DNA of 63,541 nucleotides, the filler included, from Reticulomyxa filosa (Eukaryota > Protista > Foraminifera): assembly GCA_000512085.1 (NCBI GenBank). It is 12 parts of 12 records of this genome, joined end to end, with 100 filler letters (N's around TTAATTAATTAA, not from the genome) between each part and the next. Parts side by side here need not be neighbours in the genome. Positions count along the whole stretch, not along the records: positions 51,463 to 56,880 come from ASPP01019351.1; positions 56,981 to 57,980 come from ASPP01044200.1; positions 58,081 to 62,409 come from ASPP01018492.1; positions 62,510 to 63,541 come from ASPP01014653.1; 8 more parts are not named here. One strand, written 5' to 3'. Positions 53,478 to 63,541 of the stretch are shown here, one piece after another; the first letter of the stretch is position 1; each line of letters starts with the position of its first letter. The translations under genes and the position numbers were made by a program. The notes beneath the pieces were generated by a model, which had not been told where the DNA came from, did no database searches, and saw only the letters and a program-made list of their open reading frames with translations.

Positions 53478-54040
53478 AAATACTTCTTTGTTTCAAAACA
53501 TAAATGTTTTATTTCTGTTGTTATTTTAATTCTTTTTTTTATGTTGAAGTGAAATAACTTGTGCAACGGTCTCAGTTAATTTCCAATAAAAGAAATATCC
53601 GTCCACTAAACCTGATGAAGCGAACCAAACACGAAGCTATTGAAGCGAATTCTGTTTTTTAATATTTTTGTTTCAATAAAACAATCAACCAAGCCGTATT
53701 TTATAAACAACACATAAAAGAAGTGTGATGTTTGTGCATCCTTCATTTTTGAGATATCTCTGGCTCTTTTTCCCTTTCCACTCTTACCTTAGAGTCAAAG
53801 TTGACTTTAGTTTTGCTGTTGTGCTGCAGCGTCTCTATGTGTTAAGCGAAAAAAGGGTGAATATTCTTTAAGTTGGTTACGTGTTGTTGCTTTTTCGAAA
53901 ATACATCACTAAACATAAGAGGCATTTATTGGTTGAAAAGTATTTCGCAGAAATACTTGGCAAGACATCTTTGATGTGTTTGATATCAATTTTTGCACAA
54001 GTGACTGCTGTTCAAAAAAAAATTTGTAAAAAACCTTTTA

Positions 54041-55237
54041 AGAAGTCGTGTCAACACAAGTTGACCAACACTTTGTGTTTAATCTCAAAATATACATAAT
54101 CTTTTTTTTACACATTTTAAAGTGTAAAAATTCGATTTGTGCTGGATATTACTTGTTCTGATATAAATTTAATGTGAATTCTTTTTGCCTCTTAATATAT
54201 CCATTAAATACACTGGAATGGATGGAAAAAATTCAAACCGAACAAACAGGTTTAAATTGTTGTGTTTTTTGTTAATTGTCAAGAAAATTCTCTATATGGA
54301 CAAAAAGCAAAACGATATACTTCCCACATTTGAACGTGTGCTCTGTGAAAGAGCTGACACATAAAGAAGTGGTGAATAAAATAAAAATACAAGTCGGTGA
54401 TTAGTTTCCAGGGATAATGGACGACACTTGTACAGTAAACGTAAAATAGAAGCTAGTTTCATTCAAAGAAGCATATGCGATGTTGTCTGACGACAGCAGA
54501 GTCGTGTTAATACCATATGTAATGATAATTTTGTTGAGCTCACTTACCCATATAAATCTTATTTGCAAAGTTCGAATCCAATATTGTAGAATGCATTTTG
54601 TTTCATTTTCTAACTATAAATCACAATACAATGTATTTGTGTTTTATTAAAATAGATACATAAACAAATCATTACCAATTGTGAGGTATCCCATAAACGT
54701 AATTTAGTTTTTATATGACTTACAAGTTCATTATGCTCTTGATCAATTCCTCCAATTATATGTATATCATTGTCTTCACTTAATACTGCAACGCCGTCAG
54801 ATAATGCAGTCGGTAAAGTCTCTTCAAATATATTAAATATATTTTGTTGAATTGAATAAATATGAACTAATCTTAAATGATTTAAATTATAACCTCCAAA
54901 AAATAATATATAATTATTTAAATGAATATATGTATAATCATGAAATTCGATAATACTTTGACGAACAGGTACGTGATTATATATTATAGTATTATCCTTT
55001 TCATTATACGTAATAAAAATTATTTTATCAAATGAAAATATAATCATTTGATATATTTGCTCATTTTTGAGCTCATTCACAGTTTCAAAACATAAGCTAT
55101 ACATAAAATACATTTAAGCTCGAAACGTTTCATGTAGAATAAATTTAAATTTACTTAAATCAAATACGTTAAATGCATTTATGTATATTTTGATATTAAA
55201 CACAAAGTGTTGGTCAACTTGTGTTGACACGACTTCT
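54041..55237. mobile_element. Candidate non-autonomous TIR element (59-bp inverted repeats) carrying a Kelch gene fragment
   Basis: 54041-54099 and the reverse complement of 55179-55237 match at 58 of 59 nt (AGAAGTCGTGTCAACACAAGTTGACCAACACTTTGTGTTTAAT[C/A]TCAAAATATACATAA). No transposase ORF inside and no clean target-site duplication. Confidence 0.55.
54520..55113 (-). pseudogene. Kelch-repeat protein 3' fragment
   Basis: YILFFGGY..VHIYSI..F..LPTAL..AVLSEDNDIHIIGG, then an intron, then NETKCILQYWIRTLQIR..ELNKII. The N-terminus is missing. Confidence 0.7.
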
Positions 55238-55275
55238 ACGTCAAACTGAAGCCATTACTGCAAGATTTCCTTGAG

Positions 55276-55315
55276 GCTGCAGTAAATATTACGATATTAT
55301 AATATTTACTGCAGC
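55276..55315. repeat. Perfect 16-bp palindromic hairpin
   Basis: GCTGCAGTAAATATTA (55276-55291), an 8-nt loop, then TAATATTTACTGCAGC (55300-55315). Confidence 0.85.
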
Positions 55316-56509
55316 AGGGGCCAAATATGTTGGCGACGTGTTGGAGCTAATAGACAAGAATCATTATATAACACGTCGATTATATAATGGAGACACCATA
55401 ACAAAACTGCAAGAGTGCAGTAATGTTATGTTGTGTGCACCAAGTGGAGACACTATCACAAACAACAGAATGTGTGTCCCCAATAGGCATTGTATGCACC
55501 AAGTGGATTCTCTTTATACTTCTTTTTTTCCTTTTTTTTTTCTTTTTTTTTTTTTTTCTATTTTTATCTTCTTTCTGTAAATTATTCGTTGTTCGAAACA
55601 ATCCTACATTCCGTTCACCGACTTCATTGCTTTGTCCAATCGCATTGCCATGTCCAGTTCCTTCATATGAACGTTTGAGTCCCAGCACGACGACGAAGTA
55701 CACAAGACCAAGTCATTGACAATAAATAGAAAAAAAAGATCACTGTATTGCTGTTGTTGTTTGAGATATTTCTTTTTTCTTTTGATTGGGTCAATTTTTT
55801 TTGTTTTGATACTTGGGCGATGTTGGTATTGTTGTTATATATATTTTTTTTTTCATTACATTACTCAACTAAATTGTTTCATTTCTTTTTATCACATTCA
55901 ATCTTTCGATCATTGCAATCTGTACATCACAAGCATGTACAAATAAATAAAAAATAAAACTAAACTTTTATAATATAATCTTTTTTTGATACTTTCATCT
56001 ATTATGCACATACAATTTTGATCATTGTATCTATTTTTTGTACCTTTTTCCACATTTGCTTCTTTTTTTCCACCAATTGTACCTTTTTTCACATTTGCTT
56101 CGTTTCACTTTACTTTACGTTTTCATTTGCCTTTTTTTTCATTTTTTTTTTCTAACGAAGACGACAGGATCATCACTTGTATTTGCTTTTTGGGTATATG
56201 TGTGTTTCACACATGATTCGGATTGTGGCGTCCTATCTTTTTATGGTAGGCTCGATGATGCAGTAGTTTTTTTTTTACATTCAGTAGAAATAAAATGTTA
56301 AAACCATTCTTACCTTTTTTTGGTCTTTTGATTACACTTTATAGTATTTTTATTACTTTGAGTTATTTTAAAAAGATTTTAGATATGAAAGACCTGCATT
56401 TAAATTTTCGTTTTAAAAAAAATATAAGTAAAAAACTCTTGTGTTGAAACCTTTTATGCTGATGATGTTATCAAACTCTATCTTATTTTGTGGCCAATTC
56501 CTCGGTCAA

Positions 56510-56622
56510 ATGGAGGGTCTTGGCTTCTTCAAAGCGAACCAATCAAAGCCACAAACAATAAAAGTGGCAGTAACTGGAGCGTCTGGGAACATTGGATATG
56601 CACTTTTATTTCGCTTAGCCAG
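56510..56622 (+). CDS. MDH: Malate dehydrogenase (MDH type 2, cytosolic-like) first-exon fragment, possibly a pseudogene
   Basis: IKVAVTGASGNIGYALLFRLA Rossmann motif followed by a GT donor. The rest is missing or degenerate before the contig end. Confidence 0.65.
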
Positions 56623-56999
56623 GTGATATAATTTGTTTCATCTGTTTGTTCACCGACATAATATTTTTTAAACAAGGAATGAAAATAGTGAAGGAAAAAA
56701 AAGGGAGGAGTGATATCATTATCAATTTTAAAAAAATATTGTACATATATGTATATATATTTTAATATAATTAAAATGGAGTCACTTTTTATGTGACCGA
56801 AACAACAAACAATTTAAAAAAAAAAATAGAGTTTACGCCAGTGGAAACAAAAGTGATAGGAATAGAAACAGATAAATTGANNNNNNNNNNNNNNNNNNNN
56901 NNNNNNNNNNNNNNNNNNNNNNNNTTAATTAATTAANNNNNNNNNNNNNNNNNNNNNNNNNNNNNNNNNNNNNNNNNNNNATATATATATATATGTATA

Positions 57000-57980
57000 T
57001 ATAGTGGACGAGTTGAGCGGAGTTACACACAGCAATAACGGAGTAAATGGGCGTGGACAAGATATTTGTAAAGCTTCGACAGCGATTGAGTTCTGGTTTG
57101 GCGCAGGTTTTGTGGGCGTCACTTGTGAGCACCGAGATATTAATGAGGTCGTCGTCTTTCTTTTGTGTGTCGCTGTTGCGTCGCCTAATGGGGACGGGCG
57201 TTTTTCTATGTTGTCCGTTCGCCGAGCACGAGGACGCAGATGGCATTGCTATCGACTCACATTGCGCTTGCAAAGCTTCTTTTCCCCTTTCTATTATTTG
57301 ATCTTTTATTACCTCACTCTCTAGGAACTGCATCTTTGCATTGGCATTGGGATGGAGATGGGGAGTATCTCTTCCAATACAAGCTCGTGGCCCTTGGGAA
57401 TGCGAGCGACGAGGATTGACAGAAGCAAATTTGTCCGGATTAACAAGCGTGTTACAACGTAGTGTAGTCGCGGACGTGGATGCCAACGTCGTCGTCATAG
57501 TCGTTGTTGCAGTTGTGTTGTAGGTAATAACAATATCAAATGCATTTGATAGTTGTTCGTTCTTGCGTAGGTGCAATACAGACCATGAGAGGTCTGGTAC
57601 GTATACAAAGAGCCATTCCACAGACAGGACGGATGTCCTGCACAATGAATTGGAAATTGTAAAATCATTCGACGAATACTGTGAACAGGATAATAGTTGA
57701 TCTGCGATAATGACGATGTAAGTGATTTGTTCTGTTCGAATTCAATGGCGGTGGAAGAATCACGACGGGAGTGATGATAACACATTGGACAACATTGCTG
57801 CTTTCCATTACATTTGGTTTGGAAAAACTCCAACAAGCACTCCTCGCAAGACAATAGAAAACTGTGCTTCGTGCATGTCATTTCCACTGCGTTTTTTACA
57901 ACTTGGCTACACAACACGCACAAATAGCTATCGCCAATGTCACACAAAAACACACTCCGCGGATATCCACCACTTGCACT
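57000..57980 (-). CDS. TRAF-type RING finger plus zinc finger protein, partial
   Basis: YLCVLCSQVVKNAVEMTCTKH..CEECL..CPMC..SIRRMILQFPIHC..CLWNGSL..H..C, followed by a Ser/Thr-rich region. Confidence 0.7.
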
Positions 57981-58551
57981 NNNNNNNNNNNNNNNNNNNN
58001 NNNNNNNNNNNNNNNNNNNNNNNNTTAATTAATTAANNNNNNNNNNNNNNNNNNNNNNNNNNNNNNNNNNNNNNNNNNNNTTTACATTTTACATTTTCAA
58101 TGTTAGAACTTAGCCATTGTTTTCATCTGATGTTGCTTTTAAGTTTTATAATATTTCAATTTATTCGTTTTATGTACTATTTTCGATCTAAGCTTGTTTT
58201 TTTAGTGAATTGTTTGTGATTGTTTTTTTAGATAACTACTAATAAAAAATTGCTGACGTAGTCGCTCATGGAACGCCAAATACTTAATTGAAAGTTAAAA
58301 ACCGAAACCTTCAGAAACATATAAAAAAAGATTAACCAATCTTAGTGTTGTAAAAAGAGTAGCATGTTTTTAAAAATAAAAATACTCATAGCACTTTTTA
58401 TTGATGGAAAAACGGGACCCTCAAATATGAATTGGACCCCTTTTTAAATCATAACATAAATTAATGAAAAAATGATTTAAACAATGAGAATATATCTGTA
58501 ATACCTGCGCAATTGAAACTTACATTGATTATCATTCCACTGACGACATAA

Positions 58552-58735
58552 AGAATTTGAAACAATTATTTGAGCAAGAATTGAATTACGAAGTTTATAC
58601 AATCAATATACAAAAATGACAAAACAAGATGATAAAGTGTTTTTGGCAAAATTAATTGTAAATTACGAACTTCATGAAAATAGTCGTAAATATGATGGAC
58701 TAATAATGATTATTTGTGGAGAAAATGAAAATGTA
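58552..58735 (+). pseudogene. Caspase/peptidase C14-like domain relic
   Basis: DDIKNLKQLFEQELNYEV..KMTKQD..FL..YDGLIMIICG-ENENV matches the p20 strand that precedes the catalytic His-Gly. The His-Gly codons are absent and there is a frameshift. Confidence 0.5.
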
Positions 58736-58744
58736 TATTTTGTG

Positions 58745-59326
58745 TTTTGATCAAGTGGGATACCATGATTCTTTGGATATCCCAGTTTTGAGCATTCAAT
58801 TCGAGATGAAGAATGTTTAATCCACAAATGACTTGTTTTGATTTTTAGATGTCCAAGTTTTTCCTTGTGTCTCTCTATCTATATTACAATTAAGAGTTAA
58901 AGTGATATTTTCTCCAAGTAAAAATATTCCAAAATTATAATTATTACATTCATTGTTTTTTAATTCTATTGTTTTATTATTTTCAGTCACCAATAAAAAA
59001 TCCACTATATTTTTCAAATTTGAACTTTGAATGGATGACAACATATCCTCACAATTTCTGTTATATTTAAACGCAGGAATATCTTTCCCCTTTTCTTTTT
59101 CTTTTTGTTCATTTCCCTGTTTATCGTGTTGACGAATTTCTATTTTTAATTGTTGAATATCATTTGTTAACACAGTTATCGCTTGATCTTTTTCTTGTAA
59201 TTCATGTTTTAAATTGTTAATTTGTTCATTTTGTTGTTTTTTTAAATTAACAATAGTCTGACTCATCTCTGTTTTGAATTGTTGGATATCTTTTGTTAGT
59301 TCAAATATTTGTTGATCCTTCTTCAA
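58745..59326 (-). pseudogene. Coiled-coil family gene fragment
   Basis: Duplicated KDQ.I..LT.DIQQ.K.E heptad repeat followed by FLLVTENNK..FGIFLLGENITLT and a frameshifted HLKIKTSHLWIKHSSSRIECSKLGYP. Confidence 0.5.
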
Positions 59327-60840
59327 TGACTAAGCTTTTAAATGCTTCAACTGCTCCTTTTTTTTATTTGTTTATAGATGTTGTTAGTATTATCCATTTG
59401 AAATGAGACAATCAATAGCACTCATTCTATGTTATTATGATGTCAGCAGATTAAACATGTAAGGACGAATCGATTGCGGCATGCGCAAAAAATGATATTA
59501 TTTTTATTTGACTTATTGTAGTATTTTTTTATGGGTTCAAGTTGCTCGTTATTTTGTGATGCTTTTTTTAGTAGAAAAAGAAATACTTGAAGTATCATAC
59601 AATTCAAAGAGATTTGCAATTTTTTTTTGTAAAATAAAACGTAATGTGACTCATAAGCAACAAAAAAAATTAAAAGTTGCAATGATCGAAAGACTGCAAC
59701 ACTTTTGACAAAACAATTACAAAATTTTATAATGATTTTAACTTAAAAGCTTTTTGCTAACTTAGTTATTTCAATTTTTTGTAAATAATAAGTAGAGAAA
59801 ATGAAAGTTAATACAAAATAATTTGCTTAATAGTGTTTTATGAATACGTGTGTTTCGTTTTCATTGAATATTTTGATGCAGAGAAGCTTCACAGCGGATA
59901 TTGCTAAAAAAAGACATTAATGAAAGTCGAATGTTATGGGCAAATACTCACAAAGATTAAGACTCTGAAATGTATTAACGTGCAATTAGCTACAAAATCA
60001 CATTTGCATTTGTTATAGCTCCAATAACATATTTAGTGCGGTTATGGAGAAATATATCCGAAAATAGTGGTTAACGTAGTTATAATGTTAAATATTTGTG
60101 TGGCAATGACAGGATTCACACAAACGACGACACTGGAAAAATTAAAAAGCAGTGTATATGTTAGAAAATACACCAGAGTCTTTTTATGTAAATGTAAGCT
60201 GTTGCAATTGAAGCATTGTGCCAAAATGGAGATGAGATATTTTTTCATCCAAACAATCAATGTGTTTGATATTGACAATTATTTTTAATTTTACTTGTCT
60301 TGCTCGCTCGTGTTGTATTTAGTTCTCTTCTCCTTTTCATTTCCCCTTCGAATAGAGACACAGCAGTGTTGACAAGTTCCGGCTTGGCATTTGTATCAAT
60401 GTTGGCAGCTCTTTTTTCTTTGCTATTAACTACTTTGTTTTTACTGAAACTTGTATTTGAAACTATTCATTTCGTATTACACTTAGTCTCATTCACTGCT
60501 TCTACATGTGCGCTATTGCTTTGTGTAAACTTTTTTCCATTTTTTTTGAATATTGTGGCTAAACGTTACTTGTTGGAAAATTGAGTTCTTTATTGCAAAT
60601 TTTTAAATATATCTTACATGTAGTGTCAAGTTAAAATGCGGAACGGAAGTAATTTTTGTACTATGAGTGAAACATTACATTTGTGAAAAAAACCAACATA
60701 GTTAAAAATCTATGTTCATAAAACGCAAATACTCAAAATAAATACAATTGATCGTCTCAAGGCAACATCATTTTTGCTTAAAGAAAACACAAAATAAAAA
60801 ATATATGCAGTATCGGTACAAAAAGTGTACTAGTAACATT

Positions 60841-60965
60841 AAAAAAAATTGGATTGGCATAGAATTGAAAAAAATAGAAATAAAGATATAGTCGAACTGC
60901 GAAACCGAAGGTTTCGCAGTTTAACAATTTTTTGTTTTCAATTCTATGCTAATCTAATTTTTTTT
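60841..60965. repeat. Nested palindrome (MITE-like or structured RNA)
   Basis: 31-bp outer arms (60841-60871 and 60935-60965, two mismatches, both G-T) enclose a perfect 12-bp stem AACTGCGAAACC-GAA-GGTTTCGCAGTT (60895-60921). Confidence 0.8.
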
Positions 60966-62376
60966 ATTAGGTGCTTTCAGAATTGAGTATGCTGACAAAA
61001 ATTGTTGTCAGTGTCTGTCCAAAACAAAGTTGTCTCAATAATATTTCTGACAATTATTTTTTAGACTAACTGGATTTTTGTGTTGCTATCGAAATGGCTT
61101 AACTTTCTTAACAAATGAATCACATTCTCAAGTAATTTGCGTGTCACTATTGCTATATATTAAAATTTACTTTTAAATGGGACAATACAACCAAAAAATC
61201 AATTCAAAAAAAATGTTTGATCAACAACTTTACCAAAATCAAAACGAACTATGATGTAAATACTCTTTTTATTAACTCAGAACAAACCAATAAAAAAAAA
61301 TGGTAACAAAACAAAAGAAAACAACCAAACTTCACAAAAATCCGTTCACAATTTTTTGCTTTCAATAACACAAATAACAAAAAAAAATACGCTAGAACCG
61401 AGCTACAAAACATTTCACTGCTTCAAAACTAGTATCCTGATGAATTACATAGAATGATTGCTATTTCAAGTAAAAAGAAGGTTAAGGCAAAATTTTCTTG
61501 GAAGATGTCAGACTTGGCATTCAAATTATTTGCATATGCTCAATTATCAAAGAAATTTTTGAAATGATTAAAGTTTTGTTTTTCGTGCTGGTCTGTGTAA
61601 GTCTTCTAAATATCAAAAATTGTGAAAGCCGATAGAATATTGTGTTTAGTTTTGTTGTATTGTTAATGTGTGCTGACTGTTAGAGGGAGGCAATACCTCA
61701 ATAACTATGCAATATTTATTACTAGTTTTTCTCAACTTTTTGTTTTGTCTTCTGTTTGCTTTGTTTATTTTTGTTAATTATCGAAATTGGTCAAAAGAGA
61801 AAGAATTTTTCTATTGTGCACTCTGCATCGATATATTTTCACATGATACCGAAATTTTTGATATTCGTTTCCTTATTTCGTCTTGTTTTTGTGTGTCTAT
61901 TTTATGTTTTGGAGGCTCTGTTTCTTGTGTTACTCCTGCCTCTCGCGCTTTGTGGAAAATATTTGAAGACTAGTTACGCTTCCTTTTCTTCATCTGCACC
62001 AAATAATTGCAATTTTAGGTCCTTTTGTTGTTAAAAGAGAAATACTGTGAATTTTATCAAGAATTGAAGTAATTTATAAGTTCATAGTTGGGATATAAGA
62101 ATAATTTGTTTTTTTTTTATTATTATTAAATTAACATTATGTATAACAAACATCCAGTTACAAGTTAAGACTAGCATTTTTGTTATCTTAAAAAATTTTA
62201 TTGCAGAAACAAAACATTCTGGCATTTTTAATTACGTTGCAAAATGATCGCCCAATCCTTGCACATCTATGATAGATGATATTTATCCAATGGCAAATTG
62301 AGCTTGCACAGTCTTTTTCTCTAAACTCTGATTAGCTACCAGAAAGTCGTTGTTTGGTTTTTTTAGTGTTGATCTT

Positions 62377-62409
<33 letters not shown>
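62377..62409. repeat. (TAAC)n microsatellite at a contig end
   Basis: About 8 perfect TAAC units run into the spacer. Confidence 0.9.
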
Positions 62410-62509
62410 NNNNNNNNNNNNNNNNNNNNNNNNNNNNNNNNNNNNNNNNNNNNTTAATTAATTAANNNNNNNNNNNNNNNNNNNNNNNNNNNNNNNNNNN
62501 NNNNNNNNN

Positions 62510-63541
<1,032 letters not shown>

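Noticed and set aside
62377-62409. (TAAC)n as a telomere
   Set aside because: Short, C-strand orientation is wrong for a right-hand end, and many contigs here break at simple repeats.

Overview
This window is not one locus. It is 12 assembly contigs joined by 11 artificial 100-bp spacers (N44-TTAATTAATTAA-N44). Contigs 1-11 (1-62409) are AT-rich, intron-rich eukaryotic DNA. The gene and pseudogene families present (Kelch, RING/TRAF-coiled-coil, caspase-like relics) suggest a foraminiferan such as Reticulomyxa, but that is an inference. Recognisable spliced genes: two partial axonemal dynein heavy chains, a Vps62-repeat protein, a MYCBP2-type RING-Cys-relay E3 ligase with an unusual RRM/IBR/HECTD1-like architecture, an SH3b-Tudor-PAM2-polynucleotide-kinase protein, a Tudor-EF-LOTUS-pseudokinase protein, WDR24, a PMCA-type Ca2+ pump, a CAMK-group kinase, an ABCB half-transporter with a zinc finger, and a TRAF-type RING protein. 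Outside the ORF track there is a U5 snRNA (minus strand, 42850-43006) with a non-canonical Sm site, a 1.2-kb segment bounded by 59-bp inverted repeats that carries a Kelch gene fragment, and strong palindromes. About 70% of well-anchored introns start GTT rather than GTR, and many have A-rich 3' ends. Contig 12 (62510-63541) is GC-rich alphaproteobacterial coxB-coxA ending in a 454 paired-end adaptor. That adaptor explains the many homopolymer frameshifts as sequencing errors. Exon boundaries were inferred by eye and are approximate.
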